From: Lama glama | Taxonomy: Eukaryota | Reading direction: 5' to 3' | Assembly (NCBI GenBank): GCA_028534125.1 | Contig: CM052816.1 | Span: 81,718,001 to 81,782,000, forward strand | Length of the DNA stretch: 64,000 bases | Shown: positions 25,829 to 39,715 of the stretch, piece after piece | Layout: each line of letters opens with the position of its first letter | How positions within the stretch are numbered: position 1 is the first letter of the stretch | Notes under the pieces: model-generated | Told to the model about the DNA's origin: nothing | The model's database searches: none | Seen by the model: only the letters and a program-made list of their open reading frames with translations | Position numbers and translations under genes: made by a program

Positions 25829-27254
25829 TCATTCATTAAGTATTTTTAGCTCTTGGGAGGGAGGAAACATTGCAAAAAGAAGCACTTATTCTTGTTGGCT
25901 CAAACTGATCAAAGACCAAGTCTTCCACAGGTTTACACTGCCTGGGAAACTCAGTTGTTTTTTCCCCAGCATAGCAGAGGAAGGAAGGACTGACTTCACC
26001 TTCTAATCAGAAGTATGCATTGCTATCTCCCACAAAGTGGAAAAATCTAATCAAAGTCCACCTCTATTTTATTAATTAGAAACACTTAGCTATTCATCTA
26101 TACGGCAATTTTTCATATTAGTAGTTGTTCCATGGCTGTTGAACGAATGGCTACAAACGCACTATGGCTTTGATGCTTTAAGACAAACTGAGCTGAATTG
26201 AGTTTTCCCAGCATGCTGGTGGTCAAGGCTCTGGTGGGTCATTTCTATGGGCCTCTTATCAGATGTCCCCTAAAAAGTCTTAACATCCAACTGTTTCCTT
26301 TAATTCAGCATCCATGAGAAAGGCATATGGATGGGTCACATACTTTCCCAGCATCAACTACTTTTAGATCAAGAAAAGATTTCTAGTGGGGTTTATTGAG
26401 TGCTGTTGTATATCAACAGTAGATGATTCATGAGTGAAACAGACATCAAAATGATTTTTAGAAAGGCAAACGAACCACACACAAACAAAAAATTAAAAGC
26501 CTTGATCCAAATTACGCCAAAGGACAGATATTTTCCCATTAGGACAATTTATCCTGAGTCTATAAACAGAGAGGGGCATAATTACCCAAGTGTTTGCTAA
26601 CAGATCTAAACCTTATGTAGCTATAAAAAGCTAGAGAGAGGAAGAAAGAGGAAATTCCCAGGAGAAGATCCCCAGCCACATCCAGGGCCATCAGATCTCC
26701 ACAAACACAAAGCCGAGCAGCGGTACCAAGTGGAGCACGAGAAGAAACCTCAGGATTTTAACACAAGCCGCAGGAATCACTTTGAATTGTCTTGAAACTA
26801 AACAATGACAATTCTATCCAGTAAACTTTCAGTCAACACATGGGCAGAGGGATGACTTGTTGGAGTTCCAGATGTAGTTAATAGAAACATGATGCCCAGA
26901 ACAGAAAAGGTATTCAGTAAATGTTGATTGGATGGCTGAATGAACATCTGAACAGATGTCCAGGCTGCTTCTTTCCCTCTTTGAATCCCTGCTGGAGATA
27001 CGTCTTCAGTGATGCTTCAAACCCAAAGTCCCCACAAAGGTATTGAACCATTTGACCCTGGTACTCTGGGAACAGTTTCAGAGCCAGAGACTGGTTTCTG
27101 ACCCAAAGATACCAATGTGTGATCTTGCCACGAACACACGGAGGGGGCCTGCAATACCTGTGGAACATCTTCGCAGGCCTTGATTCAAAAGCTTCCATTA
27201 TTGACAGTATAGGTTCTAAACTATTTGAAGTCCGACGGAATCAAGTACTAAGCA

Positions 27255-27940
27255 GCCAACATCTACTGAACACTTATTAGAGGCTGGGTGTTTTTCTAAG
27301 TCCTTTGCGTGTTAACTCATTAAGTCCTTATTATAATCTTGAGAATATATACTACTATTATCAACCCATCTTATAGGCAAGAAAACTGGGCCAAAAGATT
27401 ACCTAACCCATTCATGGTCACACAAGTAGTAAGCAGAGGAGCCCGAACTCAAACAGATGCCATCTGGAACCAGCAGCTGGACTTCACTGCTGTCCAACAA
27501 TACCTGTCCAAGCCAGCTCCTGTCACTGCTCCACATGAAATCAATATCCCAGTAAAAGTGTTTACCCATAAATATTCAATGAGCATTCCAATCTGCAGGA
27601 CGTGTTCCCTGACTTCCGCAGTCTACTGTCACCTCTCTCCTGAGTGCTCACATCACTTCTTCTCCAATGAACACAAGTATAACTTACTTGATTCATATCA
27701 CATCTCTCCAACTAGATCTTAAGTTCCTTGGTGTTAGGACTATATGTTGCACGGCAGTCTGAGGCAAGCCTAGATTTAAGTCCAAATCCCATAATTACTA
27801 CCCATGGGGCTCTTGGTAAGTCACTGAACACTTCCTACTCTCATGTTCAAACTATATTCCTTAACAGCTTACTGAGGAGGGGAGATTAAATGAGAAAATG
27901 TATATGAAAGATACAATATTGCATGATGCCTGATATTGTA
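27255..27940. mobile_element. MIR / L2 / MIR fragment cluster
   Basis: MIR cores at ~27260-27490 and ~27760-27935, with an L2-like pyrimidine-rich piece between. Confidence 0.55.
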
Positions 27941-27943
27941 AGC

Positions 27944-28150
27944 CAGTGATTTTCAACCACCAGCTATTTTGACCCTCAAGGGACATATGGCAACGTCTGA
28001 AGAGATTTTTGATAGTCACAACTGTGGGGAGGGGTGCTCCTGGCATCAAGTGGGTAGAGGCCAGCAATGCTGCTAAACATCCCACAAAGCACAGGACAAG
28101 CCTCCACAGCAAACAATTATCCATCCAAAATGTCAGTAGCAAGAGTGCTG
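27944..28150 (+). mobile_element. MER20 (hAT-Charlie) non-autonomous DNA transposon
   Basis: cagtgattttcaacc...ctggcatcaagtgggtagaggccagcaatgctgctaaacatcccacaaagcacaggaca...ccaaaatgtcagtag. Confidence 0.85.
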
Positions 28151-29229
28151 CAAACTATTAACATTTTATTAAAAATAAATGGTCCCATTCTCTTCCCTTT
28201 CCTGATTTTTTTCACAGTGCTGTGCTTATGGTTGGTGTTCAGTACATCTTTGTTGAATAAACCTTTGGATAAATGGGCAAGGGAATGTATAAGTTTTAAG
28301 GTATTTTGCTGGTAAACACTGGACTTGAGAGTGTGGTCTAGTTATGGCAGGCGTTGAGTGGGAGTCAACTAACCTAGAACCAGAACCTTCAAATATCTAA
28401 GCCCAATGATAGGAATTCTGAAATAAACCCAATCTAATCCTGGGGGCCTGAGCCCAATGAAAGTTATGTCAAAGTTGGTCCTAGGTGAGCTGGAGAACTT
28501 TGAAAAAGGCCAGCTCCTTCTCACCGGTGGCTTCCCCAGTGACTTGCTATTACCCTACAAATGCTCCCGCATCTGATTTTATTCTTCACTCCAAAGAACA
28601 AGACAGTAAGAAAACCAGAAGACCGTGGAAGAATTTACTCAACTCTCTACCCTAGTCCATCACTCACCCCTGCAACAACCACACAACCTGGGGCCCAATC
28701 AAATGAACTCTCATCAAGAATGTGGATTGAAAAACATGGTGGAAGCAAAAAGGACACTCAGTCCTTACTTGAAGTCATCAACAGATTCAGTAAGATTGGT
28801 TGCAAGAACTGGAAATCCAAGAATAAAAGCCTACATTCTTAATAGAGCATAAATCACATTAACACAAACTGGAAAACCAAAAGCGAGAGGCAGAGAGAGA
28901 GGGATTCTGTCCTTCTCCCATTCTCCAGGCTTGGTGGCAACATCTGCCTCTTATGTACTTAGAAGAAGGTAACTCTCCATCTGTTACAGTCAGAACACAT
29001 GAATGATTTCTGTGTAGTTGTATATGAGAAAATTTAAAACTTGAATATCCAGTCATCTTTAAGCATCTCAGGGATGCTAAATTACCTGAGCTAAATTACC
29101 TGTCCTGAACTGTCAGAACAAGATAGATTCTTTCTCGTCTTGGGCCCCTGAACGCATCTGAGCTGGGTCTATCCTCCCCCCTCTAACCACCTTCTGGACT
29201 CACCTCTAACTGGCTCCTGTCCACTGCTC

Positions 29230-29470
29230 TGGGCTCAGCTCAGACATCACCCCCAGAGATCCTATTCTGACCCTCCCCTGTAATGCATCTGGGTCCCTCC
29301 TGGCAGCTTTAGTAGCATCCCTACTGCCCATTCACTTGTCTGATTACCCTTACAGACGGTCAGCTTTTTTAGGGTAAGGTCATATGACCTCATTTACCAG
29401 TTTATTCCCAGGGCCTAGCACTGTGCCTGGCACATACGGGTGCCCAATGAATATTTATTGAATGAATGAG
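29230..29470 (+). mobile_element. L2 3' end
   Basis: cccagggcctagcactgtgcctggcacatacgggtgcccaatgaatatttattgaatgaatga. Confidence 0.8.
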
Positions 29471-29579
29471 TATAAATCAGGAGATTCTGAAATGCATTCA
29501 TTCCAGAAACTGCCTGTGGAGAGCCTACTATGAACCAGGTATCAGTTTAGGCAGAGAAAACAACTATTACTATCTCAAT

Positions 29580-29770
29580 ATTAACAACAGTAAAAACAAT
29601 CATAGCTAATGTTTGTTGAGCATTTACTATGTACCAGGGATCATGCTAAGCTCTTTTAATGTACTCTCTTTTAATCCTCCCCCACCCCCGACCAATACCC
29701 ATATGGCAGACACTGTTATTAATGCCACCGTACAAACGAAGAAAGATGCTAAGCCACTCCTTAAGGTGAA
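29580..29770 (-). mobile_element. MIR fragment
   Basis: atagctaatgtttgttgagcatttactatgtaccaggg...tttaatcctc. Confidence 0.65.
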
Positions 29771-32078
29771 AGAATCTGACACCTAAGTTCCTCCAGGTCT
29801 ATTTACATGGGCTTAACTCACATCAACCAAGAAAGCCTGAGAATTCACTCATGAGATCTGCTGATGTCTGTCCCTTGCCTGGAAAGTCTCTATCTATTCT
29901 TCATATTCTCTGAAATTTATTTTAAAATATTTTGATACAGGCTATCAAGTGATGACAACCGTAGTTTACACTCCAGAGGCCATGAGCTCATGTTTGAAGG
30001 ACACTTATCAGAGACCATGCTCTGAAGCTGTAGGGGCAGCTGCGGCAGATATCTGAACTATCACTACCTAAATCTGCCGCAGAAGGTTCTGTAATCACCG
30101 AAATGGAAGTTAGAAATGACGCTTTTCATCTGGAGAATGAGAGATTTTTAAGATAAATTGGTTAAATGCTCTTCCTCTGTGGAATGAGAGACTTTTTTTT
30201 AAAGATAAACTGATTAGAAAGGTTGATACAGCCACCTCTGTCCTTGCCTGCTAACACCTCTGAGTGGTGCTTTAGCTGTGGGACTCCACGTGTCTGGGGT
30301 TCACAGAGGATTCTGTCACTGGGCCTGATGGTAAAGTCAGGTGATCTGCCACAGAGCATTACTGCCTGCCCTTCAGAGTGAACGTGCTGGGAAGGGGCTC
30401 ATCGGAGCACAGACAAGAACGGCCGTGGAGACATCACCAAACTGATCCAAGCGGGCGGTGGGACTATTTCTGTGCCCGCCTACTGATACCTGCTCTATGC
30501 GTGGCAGGAGTCTAGGACCTGCTTTCATGGTAAGCCAACCCCTGGCACTGGGGCTGCAGAGTTCTCAGCCCTTCCTGATAATCACAGGCTATTGCTATTT
30601 AACAAAAGAACCTGACACCTGTAAGCAGCCAATTGGCTCAGGCCAGGCTGCAAACCCTCTTCCCTACTTTGGTCCCTTGGCAAATACTCATTCATCTTTC
30701 AACACCAAGCTCAAAATTTCCCCTACTGCGATGGCTTTCTTGATGACTCATGTCCCCTTAGGAGCTCTGAAGAATCATTTGATGCCTGCACGTGGCTGAG
30801 ATCCTTTTCATAGACTCCAATCACCTAAGATAACCTGGGCAAGTCTCTTCCTACACCCTGAAAAAGTCTAATTTAGCAAATGAGCTTACTTTAGAATATG
30901 ACTTTTCAAGCCGAGCGTCACACTGGGTGCTGAGAAAACACTGATGGATGGGACAAGATGGTTCCTGGCCTAGGGGAGTCTCTGTGATGGGCCCCCACTT
31001 ACCCTGTATCTCTGATAAAGCCTGGCTCCGTCTACAGGCTCTCTGCCTCTGCTAGACTGTCAATCCCTTGAGAGAAGACACTGCAATTTACCCATCCCTA
31101 GAGCCTCAGTCCCCCCTTATGATGAAGCTCTCGGGAAAGGTTTGCTGGTACCTGTTGAAGGACAAAATTCCTTGATTACAAAAATGATTTCCTTTTGCTG
31201 GATTCCACATCACCAGACCCCCACCACCGCCTGCTCTCTGCCACTGCCACCTGCAAAAATCAACTGCTGGACCTCTTCCACATTTAGTCACCCTAAGGTG
31301 TAGGGCGGCTCCCACTTCCCTTCCTGAAGCATGGGCTTTGACTTTGTTAGTCTTCAGAGCCTCCTAGACATCTTACGCTGCCCTTTTCTCTCACTGCAGC
31401 CCAGCTCGTCCCACCACTCTTTCCAGTCAAGACTTCACACAGGTCTGGCTTAAAGTGCCCCTTCCCTCACCATCTGGAAAGTTTCCCAGGGGTGACCTCT
31501 CTTACATGGAGCAGCTGTTCTCTCCTATCTGATTGCCTAAATTCATCTCATTATTTAAGCATAAGGATAAAACCTTCCCCCCATCTGTAAGAAGCATTCA
31601 TGGACTCCAGCTAACCTGGTAGAGAATCCTACCCAACTTTAATCCCATTAATATGTATTCCTGTCAGCTACATATGATTGGATGTTTTCCCTTTGAGGAC
31701 ATAACACGAGAGTATCAGAGACTCACATCCTTGTCTCTACCCACCTTGCCTGTACCATCCAGCTCCTACTCTGTGCTCCCTTTGCCCTGGATTTGTTCCA
31801 GCCCATGGGGGTCTTCTACTTTGACCCGCTCCTGAGAACAGAGGCTTGGCCAGGATGAACCCAGAAGCAGAAAACCCAATGCAGCCACTGCCCACCTCCA
31901 GCCCTGACCCACATCTCAGCCTTGCCAGCTGGCTTTCTAACAGTGAGCACTGTGTTACCCAGAAGGGCCTGCCGTGGACTCTCTAGAGTTAAAAGTGGTT
32001 AGTTTCCTAGAGATTATTCCTTTTCCTGGAGACCTTCATGTGGTTGGGGCTGGTGCCCATCCTTCCACAGGTTTGTAC

Positions 32079-32211
32079 TAAAGTTGCCAGATAAAATACA
32101 GGAGACCCAGTAGAATTAGCATTTTAGGTGAAAAATGAATACTGTTTTTTAGTATAGGTATGTCCCTGATATTGTACAGAATTTCTTTATTTGCTAAGTC
32201 TGACAAGTCTA
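32079..32211. mobile_element. MER53-like hAT MITE, internally deleted, with 8-bp TSD
   Basis: gttgccagataaaatacagg ... ttatttgctaagtctgacaagtcta; perfect TSD gtttgtac at 32071-32078 and 32212-32219. Confidence 0.85.
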
Positions 32212-35200
32212 GTTTGTACTTGCTACTCAATTTTTATAAAAAGCATATCTACACTTATTAATAGGCTAATAATTATTCAGAAAACAAAGCACATATACAT
32301 TGTTAAAACTTGGGACCCTTGAAAATATCCTTTGTGCTTTCTGTTTCTCATTCTGATGGATGTCTTCTTACAAGGATAGGTTTGCAATCATCTTTATAGC
32401 TCACTTGAAGTCCCTCACCTCTGCCCAACCTTCCTCACTTGGTTTATAATTCTCTTCCCATAATCACTCTTTGCATCATTAAGTTCAGCCACTTTGACCC
32501 TTCTTCCGTTCCCAAGCAATTACCATTCAATTGAGTGCTTCACCTTGACTTGCTCTGTCTTATGATGATATATCAAAACATCTCCTCTTTACAAGTCAGT
32601 GAACCACATTAAGGAAACATTGAATGGCTAGTAGGTAGTTTCCCAATTCTTCCAAATTGACCTCAAGGATCAGATTCCTTTTCCTAATTGTCCCGTGCTC
32701 TCCAACTCTAGGAAATCCTTCCAGAAAAGCAACTCCAGGACCCCAACCCTAGTGCTGATCTGACCCACCATTGCTCTCCATCAGCTGGAGAAGGTCCTCG
32801 TTGGGAGAAGCAAGGGACTAGATAAAACCCTAAACAATTTTCTCACAAATGAAGAAACTGGATTCCTTCCAGAGTCCCAGGGGACAGGGAAACCGTGCTG
32901 TTTACAAAAGCCATGCTGTTTACAAATGGCACATACAAAGGACCCACCTAACATTAGCCCAGGAGTGGAGAGTTTGGTCCATTTATAAATGTATGTCTTG
33001 GGGGAAAGGTCATGAAGGTGAGCTATGACTCTGCAGTTACTTTCCAGTTTGCACACAGAGTAACTGGGATTGCGAGTGAGAAACTGGGTAAAACTCAGAG
33101 GGAGCCAGAGTAGCAGGCAAGACCTGATGAGACATGGATGCTCCCTGGGTGGGCTGGTTAGGCAGGAAAGACATGAGTGAGATCAAGAAAGAGTTGTTAA
33201 TATATCAAGAGGGCAAAACACTTTGAATTACCAGAACATCATCGAAGACAGCCATGCTGGTAAAGAAGTAGATGATATCACTGCTATTTAAAACTTCCAT
33301 CATATTATTAGTGTGATCATCACTTTCCTCTATCACTTCACCCCCAGAGGAAGACAAGACAGATAATTATTACACTCACTACAAAGGAAGAGAATGCAAT
33401 GAGGAAGATGTAGGAACTTCAAGGGACCCAGGTTTCTTGACCCCTCGTTCAGGGTATGTTCCTTCATAGCAGAGAGTTGTTGCTCTATTAGGAGCTGGCT
33501 GGACCCTGGCCAGGAAGCTGCTTTGACTCATCTCAGGACTTCTGGAAGGATGTGCTGGGATTTCAGAATGAGCTGTGTCAGGGTGAGTAGCCCAGGAAGG
33601 AAAGGGGGCCTGGGTTTGGATCCCTGGCTCTTCTTTTCCAGCCTGGATTCTCTCATCTATAGCTGGGGATAAGGACAGTATGGCAGAGAGGTGTGAGCGA
33701 CCAGTGAGCTGGCACCTGCAGAAAGCTGGCACATAGCTGCAATATACACATTGTTCTTAACAGTGACTCTAACTGTGGGTTCAGGACTCTAACCCGTGTT
33801 TAAATCCATGCAAACCCCTACCTTAGTAGGGATGAAATGGACAAGAACTGGTAGTTTTTCAAAGCTACCAAAAGACTGGTCGAGTTGTGTTTTTTGAAGT
33901 GAGAGCTACTAGCTAATACCGGCTCCCGTTTGTGACCGCTCGCGGTGTCAGACACTGTGATCAGCCTTTACATGCAGTGGGTACCTCTGGGCAGTGGGAT
34001 GACAGGGGGTGATCATTTCCTTCTTTATGCCTTACTGAATTGAGTATGCATTGCGCTCCCCACTTAAAGTATTCTTCATTTTGATGAAAAATACAAACTC
34101 TACAAATCAAAACAAGTCTTCAAAAATATAATGAAAATGACTACACCACGGACACATATTAGGGGAGGAAAAATATAAATAGTCACAGCATTTTGAAGGT
34201 CCATTGCAATTAAACTTTCCAGTTTTTCTCTCAAAGAGACCTTCAAAATAAAATGAGCTTCTTGAAAATAAAAATTTTATTCCTCCCTGCCACCTAAAAG
34301 CTCAAGTTCCATCAGCCCTGTCTTTTGGGCAGAACTTAGTTCTAAATCTTAAATCTGCTCATAAGAGCATCAACATTAATCCAAAGATTTTTCAGTTATT
34401 TACTCTAGAACACCACCAGTGAGTTCTTAAAATCTGTTTCATTTTACTACATTTTCTCTTTGTATGACTATTTATAACTTATGAGCAAACCCCTTTTCTT
34501 CCCTGGTCATTACTAAGGATAAAATGATGAAAGATCCCCAGAGCAAACATTCATCTTATGGCTTGCTCTGAACTCTGAAGTCTTCTCCGAGACAACTGCG
34601 CTGATAGATTAAGATTCTGTACCCTGTGTAAACAGAGCTAGTTCTCAAAGATGACCTCGGAGGGGGAGTAAAGGAATTGAAAGCAAATCGAAGGAACTCA
34701 AAAATGATGACCTTTTCCTGTTTTTCTGCCGTTGGCAACAGTGCAGGAGGAGACATGAGAGAGCCCCCTGTCCTCTGGAGCTGGGGCCCAGTCCTGGTGA
34801 GAGCTCTTGGGGTGGGGGCATGGAGGTGGGGGGGGTTGTCCCCAGTTCATGTGATCAGGGAGCACTGGTGGGAGGCCACACCATCCCTTCCATCCTGTTA
34901 GAGACCAGAGATCGTGCACAAGAGGTGGGGAAAAGGCTCTCCTGAGAGCGAGAGGTTTGGAGTTCAACTAAGCAAGGGGCCCAGGTTGTGTTCATGGACG
35001 TGACCCCCTGGGAATGCCTAGACCTGGCATTATCTGTGGCTGGACTAGGTGCCCTGGCTAGAATGTGGAGGGAGAGGGCCAAATTTACATGAATATCAGA
35101 TGATTAAGTCAATGAAAAACCCCCACTGTGAAGAAACACCATGGACCCGTGAAGAAAGCAGGCCTGACATGTTGGTCTCGCCTTTGTTCTATTTAATCTA

Positions 35201-35646
35201 ATTTCAGAGACCAATGCCTCCAGATAAGTTTTAGAAAACTCACCTGCACATTTGCATGACTATTCACCTGGCTGAATTTTGGCCATTATCTTTTTCAAAG
35301 TAGAAAAGAGAGATTAATGATCAAAGTCTTCCAGACTCAGATTCCAGAGATGTGAGGCTGTCTGTGCTTTGGAGGCACGTGCTTATGCAAATCTCTCTGG
35401 GTGGATTTCCAGCTCCACTAGTTTCCAGAGTTTAAAATACACCCAGGGTCCAAGTCTGGAAATACAGAGTACACTTTTAATATTTTTTCGTTTTTTACAG
35501 ATTGAAAATGTCCTTGACGGAATTTTGTGTGTTTTACCTATGTTTCCGGAATTAACAGACTCCATGTGTGTATATATTCTCTCCTTTGTAGTTTTCAGCT
35601 CCTTGTCCTGCCTTCTTTAGTTTCACCTTGTCTTATTCTGAGCTGC

Positions 35647-36300
35647 TGCATCAACCAGGGTTTGATCAGAGAAGCAGAGCCACTAGGACTCATGCCTGAA
35701 GGTCAGTAGGGCAGGTGACAGCAAAGGAAATCCACGAGTAAAGAGGGGGAGAGAGCCAGGACCGCGGAAATGTGTAAACATGAGCTGGAACAGAAGAGAA
35801 AGGGACCTTCTGGTCCTGGGAAGAGAAGGAACAGGGACCTTCCGGTCCCTGGGAAACCAACTGCAATGGTTTTGCTGACCTGCAGCAGGAGCTGGTGACT
35901 GTCCATCGTGAGCTGATCACACCTATGGCCCAGCAGCCAGGGGAGCTGAAGGAGGAGACCAGGAGCTGGAGGAGCCCCAGGCTTGGCGGCCGCCCCAGGA
36001 GCTGCATAACCTGCCCTGGCCTGGGGTCGGGGAGCTGAGGAAGTAGAACTGGGAGGAGATGGGGCGGGATGGTTCAGTTGCTACCCCACCCCAAAAAGGT
36101 GAGTTATCAGAGAACAGTGCTCAGTGCCCTATACCAACCTTTTGAGCACACGCACGTGCGCACAGCTGCTGCCACACTTACACATTCCAAACCTCCCGCA
36201 CAAGGCCTCCCATAGCCCTAACTTACCCAGAACTGTGTAAGAAAGCCTTCTGGGAAACATAGCTCTAGATTAGTTCAGTCAGCCCCAGACAAGTCGACCA
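35647..36300. mobile_element. Old ERVL-type LTR (LTR40/41/50-like)
   Basis: Starts tgcatcaaccagggtttgatcagagaagcagagccact; ends cccagaactgtgtaagaaagccttctgggaaacatagctct. Confidence 0.55.
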
Positions 36301-36383
36301 GAGCCTCCACGTCCCGCTCAGGTTGTTAGGACACTGGCCCCACAGTGAGGCTGTGAACATCTTATTGCCAACACGGTATAGAG

Positions 36384-36514
36384 CAGGGGTCGGCACACCT
36401 TTTCTATAAAGGGCCGGAGAGCAAAAAGGTTAGGTTTCTGCAGGCCACACATGGTCTCTGTCTTATTCTCCTGATAACCTTTTAAAAATGTAAAATCCAT
36501 TCTCAGCTGGCAGG
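36384..36514 (+). mobile_element. MER58-like hAT-Charlie fragment
   Basis: caggggtcggcacacctt...ctataaagggccggagagc...taaaaatgtaaaatccattctcagct. Confidence 0.8.
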
Positions 36515-39261
36515 CAGGAGTCCGCTGTTCCCTGGGAAGAGGGCCCAAGCCTGGGAGTCTGGAGGCCGGGCTGCTCCTCCAGCCATCGATTCCCTGGGAC
36601 CTGGAGGGAGTCACCTCACCTCGTGGGCTTACGTCTGCAAGATGAGTATTTCAGACTAATGCAGCATCAGAAAGGCACACCAAAGACAGAGTGAGTCTGA
36701 GTTTCGAGGGGAGGGATCCGGGCATGTGAACTGTTTGAGAACTCAATATAGATTTTTATTACAATATCCATTATTATTATTAATTATTATTTAGATTCTT
36801 ATTGTTGGGAATTATAATAAGAATATGAACTAAAATATACCTTTCCTCCTCCTTCAAAAGTGAATTAATTTATTTTATTTATTTACATAATTTATTTTAA
36901 TAACCCTGAGTAGACTAGACACCTTTTTCTAAATGGAACTTCTAGAGGTTTTTCATAAAAACCTTTCCCTAACCTTCCACTTTTGTCATTAGGGCACTAT
37001 CTTGGTGGGAGAAAGAAAACAGGATTTAGATTAAGTTGTGGAAATTTGCAAAACTTATGTTTGTTTCTTTTTGCAAAAACAAAATTACAACTTGTTTATA
37101 GGAAGAAAGACTGAAGCAAGCTTACACAAACACCACCAGCTATTTTTTGTAAGGATCCATTTCAATCTATTCTAAATCATGTTAAGTCAGACTGGTAAAT
37201 TGGGAACACCAGTATAGAATGCCTTGCAAACACAGCAAATTAAAAAGCACATAACATATAACACTTCTATCTATTTTCAAGTGGACAGTTACGGAAATTC
37301 CAAATCTGGATCCACTGGGGGTTAAGCCTAGGTTCTCAATCTCTGATGCTTCTGCCAGAATTAATGGGACTGATTCAGGATACACAAACCCGAGACTTTC
37401 ATTTCAAGAGGAATATTGATCTTAATCAACAAACATTCATCAAGCTTTCATCACACATTAGGCGCTAAACTAGAGAGGCCTACCCAGGCCAGCACCACGA
37501 GGCTCTGGTTTTTCTGGTGCCACTGATGAAATCTTAAACGTCAGCTTTAAAAAACATTGGCAGAGAAGATGAGCTAGTTTCTGTAGCTGTCCCTAGGCGA
37601 AATTTACCACTTAGTCAGTAAGGCAAGATCCTCGGGATAAAAGATAAACTTTAAAAAACATTAAATAGAGCAGCACAGAGAAGAAAGGCCCAGTAACCCG
37701 CAGTGGTCTCATGTTGTAACAGCTGGACCAGGGGCGCCCACACGTCGGTGACCAGCACGTTGCGGCTCTATCTTCGGGCTGTGTGCGCCAGGTGAAGCCA
37801 AGCACAGGAATGATTTGAATCGTCTTGCTCTAAATCACAACACACAGAGTGTTCTTTCTTTGTCTCCATCTCAATAGCAACTGAGAATTGAGTCCACCTG
37901 ACTGGGCTATCAAATTTATGAGATGCCAGGAGCTATTTCTGCAGAGAAAATACTCCTGCAGAGTTCAGATTCCCACCCCCACCCCTTTTTGATCACTCCT
38001 TCCTTAGGACAATTAATAATACAATGAAATACATCTCATAAAGATATATTTCCCAGTCACTGAACTATTATTTTTCTCCACAAGATAAGGTTGCCGACCA
38101 TTTTTCAGGCTTGAAATGTCAAAATGAAAAAATCACCTGGAATGAGCACTGTAAAATATCCTGGGAAGCAGGAAGACAAAGGTGTCACCATGAAGCCACA
38201 TCTTATAGCCGTCTTTCTACCTTCTATTTCTGTTGCAGGGTCAAAACATTTTTGAAGGGTCTCCATGGTAAGTTCAAGAAACTTTTTGTCACTTCATCTT
38301 TAAAGTGATGTTTTGTTGCCATGAAATCAACCTTGTTAAACATCAGGAACCCCTTTTAAGTCGAAGCTTTGACTAAAGAGTTACATTAGTTAAAAATGGT
38401 GAGTATACATCTCCCATTCTCTATCGTCAAACCTTGGCAATTGGCGGCTAGTGACAGAGAACAGGGAGCCATTGCTGCAACTGGTCACATTCTTCTCCAG
38501 ACCTGGAGACCCTGGAAGGGGAGTCAAGGGATAGAAGGAGCTTTTCTCAGGTGCTTCCTCCTCTTGGCAACAAAACTGGCTTAGCTTCTGGTGCTCTTTG
38601 TTTCTGGAGTTACTTTGTATTAGGTGGAATCCATCATCCAGGAAAATGTCCTATAAATGTCCAGCAATGGCATCAAATTCTGCATCAGAGGCGGGAAAGG
38701 TGGACACTCCATTAACCTCTCCTCCCCCAGGCACTGCTCATTTCTGGGCAGGCTGCAGCCAGCCAGCTCACCTGGCCTCCCCCTGCCCTGCGGTGCTCAA
38801 CAGGCATCAGGCACATGTTGACAGGACCAGGGGAAGCCTCATGGCTTCACTGCCCTGGCCACAGCCCCCACTAGGTGAGTCTGAGCCTACGTGTGGGGTC
38901 TAGTCTCATGGCCCTTCTACCAGCTACCACATCAGCTCCTCCTGGCTGCCATCCATTCGGAGGTTTGTTAAACTTCGCAGGTGGTGTTGGTTACGTAGCA
39001 ACAACATTCTAGGTCAACACTGCCTTCAAGGTCCAGATTGAGGTATTCACCAGATCGCCTCAGCCCACACCCTACTAACACCCTTCAGGAGAAAAGAAAC
39101 AAAGCCCTGTTGTTCCTGGAGTCCCCACGGTGGGTCCAGAGGGCCCAGGGGCTTGGAATGGATCCGCATTTCTCTGTCCACCTTTGTTTCTAGTGGCCAC
39201 TTTCAGGTTATTGTCAACAAGTGTCTTCACCTTTCGATGAGTTTTGGGAGGAAGCCAAGTA

Positions 39262-39493
39262 CAGCTGACCCTTGAACAGCACAGGTTTGAACTGCAAGGG
39301 TCCACTTATATACAGATTCTTTTTGATAGTAAATACTCCAGTGCTTCCGTGATCTCCAGTTGGCTGAATCCGTGGATGTGGAACCATGGACAGAGAGGAA
39401 CGACGTATACAGAGGGTACTGTGAGTTATACTCAGATTTCTCACTGCACGGAAGGTTGGTGCCGCAACCCCTATATCGTTTAAGGGCCAACTG
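39262..39493. mobile_element. Tigger2a-like (TcMar-Tigger) MITE
   Basis: TIRs cagctgacccttgaacagc ... gtttaagggccaactg; preceded by TA. Confidence 0.88.
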
Positions 39494-39499
39494 TCTTCA

Positions 39500-39715
39500 C
39501 TGCATTTTGTTTACCCCAAAGGTTCATCCTTTAATGGATATTTGGGTTGTTTCCACCTTTCGACTATTACAAATAATGCTGTTACAATGTGTGCAAATAT
39601 CTGTTCAAGTCCCTGCCTTCAGTTCTTTTGGGTATATTTCTAGAAGTGGAGTTGCCAGTCCATATGGTATTTCTATGTTTATATTTTTTGAGGAACTGCC
39701 TTGCTGCTTTACACT
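39500..39715 (-). mobile_element. L1 (L1MB-like) fragment
   Basis: tggatatttgggttgtttccacc...aatatctgttcaagtccctgccttcagttcttttgggtatatttctagaagtgga. Confidence 0.8.

Noticed and set aside
30040..30082. Perfect 11-bp inverted repeat ctgcggcagat/atctgccgcag with 21-nt spacer
   Set aside because: Roughly one such short repeat is expected by chance in 64 kb.
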